A DNA stretch of 64,000 nucleotides from Candidatus Omnitrophota bacterium (GCA_030698625.1 JAUYMS010000028.1:3854-67853), one strand, 5' to 3'; shown: positions 28,506 through 38,347, counted from the first letter of the stretch. Notes: generated from the sequence alone by a model not told the origin. Translations and numbers: made by a program.

Positions 28506-29683
28506 AGACAGCCGTCCGGTCACAATATGAAGTAGGCCAGGTATTTCGGACCAGCATCGATGTGGACCAGAAACTGGTCGAACGGTTTGCCGATTTTTCC
28601 GGCGACCGTAATCCGCTTCATATGGACGCAGGCGAAGCTCAGTCTTACGGGTATGCGCGCAGGGTTGCGCACGGGGGAATCCTCATCGCCTTTTTATCAA
28701 AACTGATCGGTATGGAAATCCCCGGACCGGGAGCGGTGTGGATGAACCAGCAGGTGGATTGGACAAGTCCGGTGTTTGTCGGAGATGTCGTGGAATTGGC
28801 TGTGACCGTCGAGAAAATATCGACCGGCGCGGGAATGCTTACGCTGGATGTCACGGCGGCAAATCAGAAAGGGAAGACGGTTATGAAAGGGAAAGCGAAT
28901 GTTAAGGTTGCGGAAAAGATCGAGCAGAAAAGTGCTCAAAAAAAAAGCGTGAAGACGGCCCTCGTAACGGGTAGCGGCCGCGGTATCGGCGCAGAGATAG
29001 CTCGCAAACTGGCGGCAAGCGGGGTGAAGGTTATCGTCAATTGTCGCAAGTCGGTTCACGAGGCTGAGGGGGTTCAGCAGGAGATCAGGGCCTTGGGCGG
29101 CACAGCGGAAGTGATGCAGGCAGATCTCTCGGACTATGCGCAGACGGAAGCGATGATCGATAGCATTATTAAGCAATTCGGTAGTTTGGATATTGTGGTG
29201 CATGGCGCGTCGCCTATGGTCACTCCGGCGATGGCCGATCAAGTGACGCAGGAGCGGCTCGATCATTTTTTTAGGGCTTATGTCGGAGGGGCCAGGAGTC
29301 TTGTCGCAAAGGCGGCGCCTGCGATGGCGGAGAGAAAATTTGGGCGCTTCATTTTCTTGGGAACGTCGTTCATGTTTGGAATCCCTCCGGCAGGCATGAG
29401 TGCTTACGTTACCGCAAAGGAAGCCTTGTGGGGATATGTGAAGTGTCTGGCCGCAGATCTCGGGCCGTCGGGCATTACATCCAATATGGTCTCTCCGAGC
29501 ATGACGGTCACTGATTTTACCGCCGATATTCCGGCTCGCATGAAAGAGCTCGAGGCACGGAAGAGTCCGATGCGACGCATGGCTTCCGTGGCAGATACCG
29601 CAGCAGCCGTGGTTTTCTTGGCGGGCGAGGATGCGTCTTATATTAACGGCAGCAATCTGCCGGTCACCGGAGGGCCCATTTGA
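28502..29683 (+). CDS. MaoC (R-specific) dehydratase fused to an SDR ketoreductase
   Basis: FADFSGDRNPLH...HG and PGPG, then TGSGRGIG and YVTAK. Confidence 0.9.
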   Translation: MKTAVRSQYEVGQVFRTSIDVDQKLVERFADFSGDRNPLHMDAGEAQSYGYARRVAHGGILIAFLSKLIGMEIPGPGAVWMNQQVDWTSPVFVGDVVELAVTVEKISTGAGMLTLDVTAANQKGKTVMKGKANVKVAEKIEQKSAQKKSVKTALVTGSGRGIGAEIARKLAASGVKVIVNCRKSVHEAEGVQQEIRALGGTAEVMQADLSDYAQTEAMIDSIIKQFGSLDIVVHGASPMVTPAMADQVTQERLDHFFRAYVGGARSLVAKAAPAMAERKFGRFIFLGTSFMFGIPPAGMSAYVTAKEALWGYVKCLAADLGPSGITSNMVSPSMTVTDFTADIPARMKELEARKSPMRRMASVADTAAAVVFLAGEDASYINGSNLPVTGGPI

Positions 29684-30681
29684 GCCAAGCTATCGAGCAA
29701 ACCAGGGTACTGGTAAGCGGTTGCGGATCGATCGGTAAGCGGCATATCGCAAACTTGCAAGCGCTGGGGCTCTCCGCGATTACGGCAGTAGACCCGGATA
29801 AGAGCGCTTGCATGGAGGCCGAGCGAAAACTTGGCGTCCGGATAGCGGTCTCTTTTGAGGAAGCTCTTCGGGAGCGGCCCGACATTGTTGTCGTGGCCAG
29901 CCCCAATCACGTGCACATGGAACAGGCATTGCAAGCGGCGAAGGTTGGCGCGGACCTTTTCATCGAGAAACCTCTATCTCATGAAATGACCGGTGTCAAC
30001 GAGCTCTTGACTTACGTGGAGCAGAACCGGCTTGTGGGTATGGTGGGTTGCAATATGCGTTTTCATCCGGCGATCTCGAAGATAAAAGAGGTCCTGTCCG
30101 AGCAAAAACTAGGCAAGGTCTATTCCGTTCAAGCCGAGTTTGGCTTTTATTTGCCATGGTGGAGGCCGGGCAAGGACTACCGTGAAAATTACGGCGCCAG
30201 AAAAAGGACGGGCGGAGGTGTGATTCTTGATGCCATCCATGAAATCGATGCCTTGTGGTGGTTTTTTGGCCCCGTTCGCCAGGCAATGACGTTGTCGCAG
30301 AAGCAAAGTGATCTCGAAATTGAAACTGAGGACGTGGCGGAAATCTCGCTCAGGTTTGCAAACGGTGTGCTGGGGCATATTCACCTGGACTATCTTAACC
30401 GCCATTATGCACGTAACCTTAAAATTATCGGCAAGCAGGGGACGCTCGAGTGGGACTGGAACCAGGAATTCATACGGATCTTTCGCGAAGGGGACAGCCC
30501 GGCCGAGGAGTATGCGGTGCCCGCTCGTGAGAACCCGAACGAAATGTATCGTGATGAAATGCGCCATTTTCTCAGCTGCGTGGCAGAAAGAAAAACTACG
30601 ATTTGTCCGATTGAGGATGCGGCTGAAGTTCTGAGCGTGGCGATGTCGGCAAAAAGATCTTCAGAGATGGTACCGCAATGA
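29680..30681 (+). CDS. Gfo/Idh/MocA oxidoreductase
   Basis: GCGSIG, FIEKP, GGGVILDAIHEID. Confidence 0.88.
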   Translation: MSQAIEQTRVLVSGCGSIGKRHIANLQALGLSAITAVDPDKSACMEAERKLGVRIAVSFEEALRERPDIVVVASPNHVHMEQALQAAKVGADLFIEKPLSHEMTGVNELLTYVEQNRLVGMVGCNMRFHPAISKIKEVLSEQKLGKVYSVQAEFGFYLPWWRPGKDYRENYGARKRTGGGVILDAIHEIDALWWFFGPVRQAMTLSQKQSDLEIETEDVAEISLRFANGVLGHIHLDYLNRHYARNLKIIGKQGTLEWDWNQEFIRIFREGDSPAEEYAVPARENPNEMYRDEMRHFLSCVAERKTTICPIEDAAEVLSVAMSAKRSSEMVPQ

Positions 30682-31523
30682 AAAAGAGTATTTTTGTCCA
30701 GGCCCGGATGGGATCAAGCCGATTGCCCGGAAAGGTGATGGCGGATCTCTTCGGGCGCCCGCTTCTCGAGCGTCTGGTGGAGCGGCTGCGGCGATCGACG
30801 AGCGCAGATCAAGTGGTGGTGCTTACTAGCAGTGCGGAAGCGGATCAAGCGATTGAGGACTTGGCATATGCAATGGACGTTCCCGTTTTCCGGGGCGACG
30901 AAGATGATGTGTTAGACCGTTATTTTCAAGCGGCAAAGAAGTTTCAGCCGGATGCCATTATCCGCGTCACAGGGGATTGCCCTCTGATTGACCCAAGAGT
31001 CATTGACCAGGTTGCGTCTTTTTTTGAAACGGAAGACCGGGATTATGTGAGCAATATCCTTATCCCGACTTTTCCCGACGGGTTGGATGTGGAGATTTTT
31101 AGGATTGAGGCGCTCGAGAGCTGCTGGCGTAACGCGCGGGAAAAGTACCAGCGCGAGCATGTGACGTCGTACTTCTACGAAAACCCGGACCTCTTTCGTC
31201 TGGCTAATTTCCGGTCCCCTGTCGATCGTTCCGCTATGCGCTGGCTAGTCGACGAGGCTCCGGATCTCGTGTTTGTGCGAAAAGTGTATGAGCGTCTTTA
31301 TCCGGATAACGCAACATTTTTATACGCCGACATTCTTGCCCTTTTGGACCGCGAGCCGGAATTACAGACATTGAATGCGCACCTGCGCAGGAACGAAGGA
31401 TTTTTTAAGAGTAAAGACGGAGCGTCGGCCCATGCGGCGGAAGATGCGCGTTCCGGCTGGGCGCGCTATATCCAAGAAATTATGCAGAAAAAGGGATGTG
31501 AGCTATATGAATCTGTCGGTTGA
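30678..31523 (+). CDS. SpsF-like cytidylyltransferase (probable CMP-nonulosonate synthetase)
   Basis: QARMGSSRLPGKV, DVLDRY, RVTGDCPLID, REHVT. Confidence 0.85.
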   Translation: MKKSIFVQARMGSSRLPGKVMADLFGRPLLERLVERLRRSTSADQVVVLTSSAEADQAIEDLAYAMDVPVFRGDEDDVLDRYFQAAKKFQPDAIIRVTGDCPLIDPRVIDQVASFFETEDRDYVSNILIPTFPDGLDVEIFRIEALESCWRNAREKYQREHVTSYFYENPDLFRLANFRSPVDRSAMRWLVDEAPDLVFVRKVYERLYPDNATFLYADILALLDREPELQTLNAHLRRNEGFFKSKDGASAHAAEDARSGWARYIQEIMQKKGCELYESVG

Positions 31524-32799
31524 CGGGTTGAAGGAATCGGTTGCGTTGTGGAAAAAGGCCGCGGACTTGATCCCCGCAGGAACCCAAACGCTCAGTAAGG
31601 CGCCCAATCAATTTGTTGAAGGGGTTTACCCGAAATTCATCGAGCGGGGTAAGGGAAGCCATGTCTGGGATGTTGACGGTAACGAGTATATCGATTACCC
31701 GTTATCACTAGGCGCTGTTTTACTGGGTCACTGCTACCCGGTGGTGGATAAGGCGATTACAGACCAGCTGAAGAAGGGGATCGTTTTTTCGTTGATGCAC
31801 CGGTTGGAAGGTGAAGTCGCCGAGCGGGTTCGCGCGCTGGTTCCTTGTGCCGAGCAGGTGCGGTTTTCAAAGACAGGCTCGGAGGTGACTACGGCGGCCG
31901 TGCGTGTTGCGCGTGCGGCGACGGGCCGTAAGAAGATTGCCTACTGCGGGTATCACGGATGGCATGATTGGTATGCCGTGACCACCACACGTTCCAAGGG
32001 GATTCTTCCCGAACTTTCGGAGTACATGCTCCCTTTTACCTATAACGACATTACGACACTGGAAAGGATTTTTCAGGAGAACCCCGATGAGATTGCGGCG
32101 ATCATCATGGAGCCGGTTGGGCTTGAGGCCCCGAAAGGGGATTTTCTTAACAGTGTCCAGAAATTGACGAAACAACACGGCAGTCTGCTTATCTTTGACG
32201 AAATGATCACGGGTTTCCGCATGGCGAGGGGCGGGGCCCAAGAATATTATGGAATAACCGCGGACCTGGCGACCTTCGGGAAGTCGGTTGCCAACGGAAT
32301 GCCGCTCAGTATCTTGGCGGGTAGGAAGCAATTCATGAAAGAATGCGAAGAGATCTTTTTTTCCACAACATTCGGAGGCGAGGCATTATCTCTGGCGGCT
32401 GCGCGTGCGGTCTTGGATGAGATCGTTGAAAAGCCAGTGGTGGCTCATCTGTGGACTCAGGGGAGGAAATTAAAAGACGGTTTTGCACAACTTGCGGCGG
32501 AAACCGGAGTGCAAGCCGCGTTTTCAGGGTTTCCGGTTCGGCAGTTTCAGGTATTTAGGGATGCTGAGGGCGAAATCTCTACAATTCATAAAGCTCTGTT
32601 CTGGCAGGAAACGATCAAGCGTGGTGTGCTTTTCGGAAACGCTCAAATGATTTCATATTCGCATTCTGACGAAGACATCAAACGCACTCTGGAAGTGTGC
32701 GGAGAAGCCCTGCATGTTGTAGGGTGCGCCGAAAGAGAAGGCCGTTTGGAAACGGCTATGGAAGGAAAACTTCCTACAGAGATATTCAGAAAGCCCTGA
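31507..32799 (+). CDS. Class III PLP aminotransferase (GSA-aminomutase-like)
   Basis: WDVDGNEYID, KTGSE, YHGWHD, FDEMITGFR, FGKSVANG. Confidence 0.88.
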   Translation: MNLSVDGLKESVALWKKAADLIPAGTQTLSKAPNQFVEGVYPKFIERGKGSHVWDVDGNEYIDYPLSLGAVLLGHCYPVVDKAITDQLKKGIVFSLMHRLEGEVAERVRALVPCAEQVRFSKTGSEVTTAAVRVARAATGRKKIAYCGYHGWHDWYAVTTTRSKGILPELSEYMLPFTYNDITTLERIFQENPDEIAAIIMEPVGLEAPKGDFLNSVQKLTKQHGSLLIFDEMITGFRMARGGAQEYYGITADLATFGKSVANGMPLSILAGRKQFMKECEEIFFSTTFGGEALSLAAARAVLDEIVEKPVVAHLWTQGRKLKDGFAQLAAETGVQAAFSGFPVRQFQVFRDAEGEISTIHKALFWQETIKRGVLFGNAQMISYSHSDEDIKRTLEVCGEALHVVGCAEREGRLETAMEGKLPTEIFRKP

Positions 32800-32806
32800 G
32801 GAATTC

Positions 32807-33418
32807 ATGATAGCGATTATTGATTATGAAATGGGAAATTTAAAGTCGGTGGCAAATGCCTTTAAGGCCGTGGGTGTTGAGCCCTGCATTACACGTGATC
32901 CGTCTGAGCTTTCAGCGGCGGATCGGATTGTTTTGCCGGGGGTTGGCGCATTCGGCAACGGAATGGAGCGGCTTCGACGATTGGGTTTTGTCAGGGCCTT
33001 GGAGGAAAACGTCCGAGAGAAAAAGAAACCCTTCTTGGGTATTTGCCTTGGGATGCAGCTTCTGGCAACCAAAGGTTTTGAGTTCGGAGAGCATGCAGGG
33101 CTGGGCTGGATTGAGGGAGAGGTCCGCAGACTCGAATCCCCGGACTTGCCCGTGCCGCATGTCGGATGGAATGACGTGGCTGTCACACAGTCGTCGCCGC
33201 TGCTCGAGGGGATAGGCGATAAAGCCGACTTCTATTTTGTTCACAGTTATCATTTCGAAGCAGCGCAACCCGATAGCGTTACAGCCACTTGTGAGTACGG
33301 TCAACGCTTCGCAGCGAGCGTGAGCCATGGGAATATCTTTGGGGTCCAGTTTCATCCCGAGAAGAGTCAGAAGGCCGGTAAACATTTGCTCGAAAACTTC
33401 CTGAGGATCAGCGCGTGA
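32807..33418 (+). CDS. hisH: HisH-like glutamine amidotransferase (WbuY-like)
   Basis: DYEMGN, PGVGAF, GICLGMQ, YFVHSY, QFHPEKS. Confidence 0.88.
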   Translation: MIAIIDYEMGNLKSVANAFKAVGVEPCITRDPSELSAADRIVLPGVGAFGNGMERLRRLGFVRALEENVREKKKPFLGICLGMQLLATKGFEFGEHAGLGWIEGEVRRLESPDLPVPHVGWNDVAVTQSSPLLEGIGDKADFYFVHSYHFEAAQPDSVTATCEYGQRFAASVSHGNIFGVQFHPEKSQKAGKHLLENFLRISA

Positions 33419-34236
33419 AGAAAAACCGTTTAATCCCTGTACTCCTTTTGAAGAACGGCTGGCTGGTACAGAGCAAATCATTCCAGCGTTATCAGAATCT
33501 AGGCGACCCGATTACATCTGTTCGGCGCCTGAGTAATTGGGCGTCAGACGAGCTCATCTTTTTGGATATGACGCGAGAGGGAGGCTATGACATGCGTCGG
33601 GATGACAAAGGCCACCCGAATCGGCATGATATCCTGGAGATTATCGAAGACGTTTCTAAGGAATGCCTAATGCCGATTGCAATCGGCGGGCGCATTAGAA
33701 CGCTTACGGATATTATGGTAAGGCTGGCGTCGGGCGCCGACAAGGTTTGCGTTAATACGAAACCGTTGGAGGACCCCGCGTTTATTACCGAAGCCGCGAG
33801 GGAATATGGGTCCCAATGCATTATCATTTCGATCGACGCGAAGGTTTCGGGCGAGGGGCGGTGGGAGGTCTATAAGGACGGCGGCAAGGTCGCGACAGGA
33901 CGGGACCCGGAGTCTTGGGCACGTGAAGTGGAATCGCGCGGTGCCGGCGAAATTCTGATCAATTGTATTGACCGCGACGGTGCGCGTACCGGCTACGATC
34001 TGGATCTCGTAGGCCGCGTCAGTGATGCCGTGAGTATTCCGGTGATTGCCATGGGCGGCGTTGGGGAGTGGGAGCATTTTGCCGAAGCGCTGAGCCGCAC
34101 AAAGGCGGATGCGGTCGCGGCTGCGAACATCTTTCATTACTATGATCAGAGCGTCTATTTGGCAAAGAAGTACCTGCACGACCGGAACTTCAACGTGCGC
34201 GCTCCGGACCTCATACCCGTTGAAGTGACAACGTGA
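33415..34236 (+). CDS. HisF-like cyclase paralog (WbuZ-like)
   Basis: DELIFLD, GGRIRT, GADKV, GAGEI, IDRDG; adjacent to an N-acetyl-sugar amidotransferase. Confidence 0.85.
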   Translation: MKKNRLIPVLLLKNGWLVQSKSFQRYQNLGDPITSVRRLSNWASDELIFLDMTREGGYDMRRDDKGHPNRHDILEIIEDVSKECLMPIAIGGRIRTLTDIMVRLASGADKVCVNTKPLEDPAFITEAAREYGSQCIIISIDAKVSGEGRWEVYKDGGKVATGRDPESWAREVESRGAGEILINCIDRDGARTGYDLDLVGRVSDAVSIPVIAMGGVGEWEHFAEALSRTKADAVAAANIFHYYDQSVYLAKKYLHDRNFNVRAPDLIPVEVTT

Positions 34237-35273
34237 CTTCGATAACAGATCCCAAGCCTAACGATGCATGCGCCCCGCTCCGGGAGTCCGCTATTCGCGC
34301 TCCGGAACTCAGGCCGGAGGCACTCGAGTGCCAGGAAAGAGACCGTCAGTTCCTGCTTGCACAGCAGCACCGCTTTGCCGAAGTCGCTTGCCCTGCTTGT
34401 GAAAGTGACAAAAAGACGATCAAGTTTATTAAGGCCGATTTTCATTATTGCAGCTGCTCTGACTGTGCGACCGTGTATATCAGCCCGAGGCCGAGCGCTG
34501 AGCTCTTGGAAGAGTTTTATTCAATTTCAGAGAATTACATTTATTGGAATAAATATATTTTTCCCGACTCCGAGAAGGTCAGACGCGAGCAGATCTTCAT
34601 ACCGCGCGTCAATCGGATTCTGGACATTTGCCGTAAATACAGCGTCGGAAGGGAAGCTATTATGGAAGTGGGGGCGGGCTTTGGCATCTTCTGCGAAGAG
34701 ATGATAAAAAAGAGACAGTTTGAGCGGGTCATCGCCGTCGAGCCTACAGCAGATCTTGCGGCGACATGCCGGTCCAGAGGTCTCGATGTGTTGAATCTGC
34801 CGGTCGAGAAGGTTCAACTTCCAGAGCGCTCACTGGACGTCGTGGTGAGCTTCGAAGTGATCGAGCATCTTTTTTCACCGCGCGACTTCGTAAGGGCTGC
34901 GGCCCGGTTTCTGAAGCCGAAGGGTTTGTTTATTCTTACTTGTCCTAATATTATGGGGTTTGAAACACAAGTCGCGGGCCCTGCGACATGCACCTTTCAC
35001 TACGAACATTTGAATTATTTTCATCCCGGCTCAGTTTCCCGGCTTCTGGCGGATGTCGGGTTCAAGATTCACGAGATCCTGACGCCCGGCGAATTGGATG
35101 TGCAGGTCGTGAAACGTGTTTTTGATTCGGGCGATATCACACTCGAGGATAACCGGTTCTTCCGGATGCTCCTCAGCTCAGGCCGGGATGAAACGCTTAA
35201 CGCATTTCAGCGTTTCCTAGCCGAGAACGGTCTTTCGTCTCATATGTGGATAGTGGCTTCGCGTAATAATTAA
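34233..35273 (+). CDS. Class I SAM methyltransferase with Zn ribbon
   Basis: CPAC...CSDC, EVGAGFG, FEVIEH. Confidence 0.85.
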   Translation: MTSITDPKPNDACAPLRESAIRAPELRPEALECQERDRQFLLAQQHRFAEVACPACESDKKTIKFIKADFHYCSCSDCATVYISPRPSAELLEEFYSISENYIYWNKYIFPDSEKVRREQIFIPRVNRILDICRKYSVGREAIMEVGAGFGIFCEEMIKKRQFERVIAVEPTADLAATCRSRGLDVLNLPVEKVQLPERSLDVVVSFEVIEHLFSPRDFVRAAARFLKPKGLFILTCPNIMGFETQVAGPATCTFHYEHLNYFHPGSVSRLLADVGFKIHEILTPGELDVQVVKRVFDSGDITLEDNRFFRMLLSSGRDETLNAFQRFLAENGLSSHMWIVASRNN

Positions 35274-35282
35274 GGAGATTCC

Positions 35283-36425
35283 ATGCGTTATTGCAAACGT
35301 TGTGTTTACCCGGAAGTGGCTGTTAACCTTTATTTTGACGAGGACGGGATTTGCAGTGCATGCCGGACATTTGAAAAATTCGAGGCCCTGACGGACGATT
35401 TTTGGATTGAGCGCAAGAAAAAGTTCGAAAGGCTTCTAGAAGAGGCTCGCAGGACCAAATCGATCTACGACTGTATTATTCCGGTCAGCGGCGGCAAGGA
35501 CAGCTATTACCAGACCCATAAGATGGTTACTGAATACGGCCTGAAGCCGCTTTTGGTGACTTATCACGGCAATAATTTCCTGACCGAGGGAGATTATAAC
35601 CGCGACCGCATGCGGCAAGTCTTCGACGCCGATCATTTAGTTTTTGGGCCGAGCGTTCACGTGCTGAAGAAGCTCAACCGCCTATGCTTCCGCAAGATGG
35701 GGGATATGAATTGGCATGCTCACTGCGGCATCTTCACGGTGCCGATTCAGATGGCCGTGCGCTTCGGTGTACCCCTCGTGATATGGGGAGAAACGAATTG
35801 GGACATCTCGGGAATGTACGAACCTGAGGATTTCGTTGAGTTCAGCGCTCGCGTTCGCCACGAGCATGATCTTCGCGGATTCGAATGGTATGACATGATG
35901 AATGACTCTTCCGAAAAGCTGACTGAAAAAGACATGCTGTGGGCCCAGTATCCGTCAGACGAGGAAATTCTGAAGGTGGGAGTTCGGGGGCTCTATGTCG
36001 GAAATTTCTTCAAGTGGGACCCAAACTGGCACGCAAAGATGATTCAGGAAAGGTATGGGTGGAAGCCGATCGAGGGGGTCTTCGAGCGCACGTATCGTTC
36101 GTTTTCAAATCTGGACGACCGCTATGAAAACGGCGCGCACGATTTGCTGAAATATATCAAGTTCGGCTATGGACGTGCCTCTGACCATGGGTCAAAGGAT
36201 ATTCGCATGGGTTATATGACGCGCGAGGAGGGGATCGAAAAAATTCGAAAACATGACCACATCATCCCGAGCGACCTTGATTATTGGTTGGAATATGTGG
36301 GTATGAAGAAGGAGTTGTTTTGGGAAATCGCAAACTCATTTCGCGACAGCCGAGTGTGGCGCCAAGAAGACGGCGTGTGGGTAAAAGATAATATTTGGGA
36401 TGAGGTCGCTTCTGCTGCTAAATGA
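35283..36425 (+). CDS. N-acetyl sugar amidotransferase (WbuX/PseA/WbpG family)
   Basis: YCKRC, CSAC, PVSGGKDS PP-loop, KFGYGRA. Confidence 0.9.
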   Translation: MRYCKRCVYPEVAVNLYFDEDGICSACRTFEKFEALTDDFWIERKKKFERLLEEARRTKSIYDCIIPVSGGKDSYYQTHKMVTEYGLKPLLVTYHGNNFLTEGDYNRDRMRQVFDADHLVFGPSVHVLKKLNRLCFRKMGDMNWHAHCGIFTVPIQMAVRFGVPLVIWGETNWDISGMYEPEDFVEFSARVRHEHDLRGFEWYDMMNDSSEKLTEKDMLWAQYPSDEEILKVGVRGLYVGNFFKWDPNWHAKMIQERYGWKPIEGVFERTYRSFSNLDDRYENGAHDLLKYIKFGYGRASDHGSKDIRMGYMTREEGIEKIRKHDHIIPSDLDYWLEYVGMKKELFWEIANSFRDSRVWRQEDGVWVKDNIWDEVASAAK

Positions 36426-38347
36426 GTACACCCGTTAAGTATTACTTTCTAGAAACGTGCTCGCCGCGCTTTACGGAACGGGATGCGAAAGTAATCTCGC
36501 TTACGCCGCAGGTGTCCTACGAGCTTGGCCGGCGTGGTATTCCTTACCGGATCCTGGAAGACTTCTATAGTGAGCGGGATCTACGCAGCGGGGAAGACGA
36601 GTATTTTACTGACCAACTTAACTGGTTTAAGCGATTCGATGCTTTTTTGGGAGAGCACATCGCCTGGTCTTCGAGCGACAGATGTGCGCTGGCGCGTACC
36701 CACTACGACCACCTAAAGTATTTCGTCGACACCATCATCATTCAATCCTACATCTTATCGAAAGTGATTGCGTCGATTGCTCCCGAAAATCCCTCGATCG
36801 AATATATCAAGGCATCGTACTTGAGCGAGCGTAAGCAGACCATGGAGCAATTCCGATACGGGGAGCAATCAACTTTGTTCGCTGAGCTCATGCCCTATGT
36901 TTGCAAGAAATTTCCGAATGTGAAGTTTACGGTTACCTGCGAAGAAGTGACTCCTTCGGACAAGGCAAGCACAACCCCCGGGACAGTCCCTGGATGGTTT
37001 GAGGCCGGCATGCAATACGTCAAGGAGCGCGTTCGAGCCGTTTACTATCCGCTGAAATATCGCTCGTCGTCAAGTGGTGGATCGCCTGCGAATAATCTGC
37101 GTTGTCTCTTCATCCATACGGGGAGCAGGCATCTCGACCCGGTGATCCGCCAATTAATCGGAGCTGGTGCTGTAGTCTATGGCCTGAATGGCGATGCGGC
37201 CTATCGCTTGGACTGTATCCGTCCCGGGCCAAACGATAAGATCAACGCAGCGCAACAGGATGAGTTGAGCGGTGATCTGAAGCGGCAATGCGAGGCGGCC
37301 TCTCGGGAATTGTTCGGAGGAGAAGCCGAGATTGTAAGGTGGATAGAAAATCGATGCGGGCTCCAACTGCGAGACTTTTTACGACCTTACCTCACGGCCT
37401 TTGTGAAAGATGCCCTCTCGGAGACCCTGAAGTTGGCGAACGCATTCAAGCATTTCTACGAGGAAAGGAACATCACTCATGTTTTTAGTCACACCGGCTC
37501 GGATAAGCACTCCCGCGCGGGGATTTTAGGTGCGAAAATGGTTGAGGGCACTATGTCGGTGGGGATACAGCACGGTTGTGAAATATTCGAGGACAAGGTC
37601 TGGGATATTAGGGATATTGATACTTTTGATCATTATCTGGCGACAGACGATTATTCGCAGGAAAAATTCAGGAAGTCCCTGGAGTTTGACTATGTGGGTC
37701 ACCACCGCATCGAGCAGTCGTCGCATTATCTTCAGAGTATTAAGGCGCGGCACGCGGCACTTCCGAGGAGACGGGGATCCGCGAGGAAGTGTTTCCTCTA
37801 TCTGCCGTCCAAGCTGTCCGTACACCGGCGCTGTTTTAACAGCATGGTTTATCCGGTTCTGTGGTACTACGAGTTTCAAAAGAATCTCTTAGATTTTATG
37901 GGAAGCCAGGCCGCGGAATACGACTTCATTTACAAACAAGCCCCTGCGAGGAATCCGTATGCCAAGGAATCCGTTATACGCTATTTACACGACCGTCAAT
38001 TTAGTAACATTAGGGTGGAAACGGCACCTCCCGTTGAATTCTTCAACACCGTAGACGGGGTTATCATGGACCGTGCCACGACAGCCTTTTTTGAAGCGGC
38101 TGTTTGCAACGTCCCGACTCTGGTCATCTATCCTTCTTTCATGGGCGAGATCATCAATGAAATGACAAGCGCGGAAAATAGGCGATGCACCGCGTCATTT
38201 TCTTCCTGGGAAGAAGCCTTTCGGAACATCGCGGAGTTCATCAGAGAGCCCTCGCGTAGACATACCCCTAAACTCAGCCTCACGAAGGACAGTGTCGTGG
38301 ATGCCGTAGCGAAGATGTCGGCAAATATCCTGGGATCCTCTGTGTAG
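36422..38347 (+). CDS. Hypothetical protein, possibly a GT-B nonulosonate transferase
   Basis: 641-aa soluble ORF coupled within the operon; GIQHG and TTAFFEAA motifs resemble GT-B/capsule transferases. Confidence 0.5.
   Translation: MSTPVKYYFLETCSPRFTERDAKVISLTPQVSYELGRRGIPYRILEDFYSERDLRSGEDEYFTDQLNWFKRFDAFLGEHIAWSSSDRCALARTHYDHLKYFVDTIIIQSYILSKVIASIAPENPSIEYIKASYLSERKQTMEQFRYGEQSTLFAELMPYVCKKFPNVKFTVTCEEVTPSDKASTTPGTVPGWFEAGMQYVKERVRAVYYPLKYRSSSSGGSPANNLRCLFIHTGSRHLDPVIRQLIGAGAVVYGLNGDAAYRLDCIRPGPNDKINAAQQDELSGDLKRQCEAASRELFGGEAEIVRWIENRCGLQLRDFLRPYLTAFVKDALSETLKLANAFKHFYEERNITHVFSHTGSDKHSRAGILGAKMVEGTMSVGIQHGCEIFEDKVWDIRDIDTFDHYLATDDYSQEKFRKSLEFDYVGHHRIEQSSHYLQSIKARHAALPRRRGSARKCFLYLPSKLSVHRRCFNSMVYPVLWYYEFQKNLLDFMGSQAAEYDFIYKQAPARNPYAKESVIRYLHDRQFSNIRVETAPPVEFFNTVDGVIMDRATTAFFEAAVCNVPTLVIYPSFMGEIINEMTSAENRRCTASFSSWEEAFRNIAEFIREPSRRHTPKLSLTKDSVVDAVAKMSANILGSSV

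Noticed and set aside
26474-29683. PKS/NRPS secondary-metabolite cluster
   Set aside because: No ketosynthase, adenylation or condensation domains; the genes are embedded in the pse operon
31507-32799. hemL (tetrapyrrole synthesis)
   Set aside because: No hem genes nearby; the context is nonulosonate biosynthesis
32807-34236. Histidine biosynthesis operon
   Set aside because: No other his genes; linked to a WbuX-type amidotransferase
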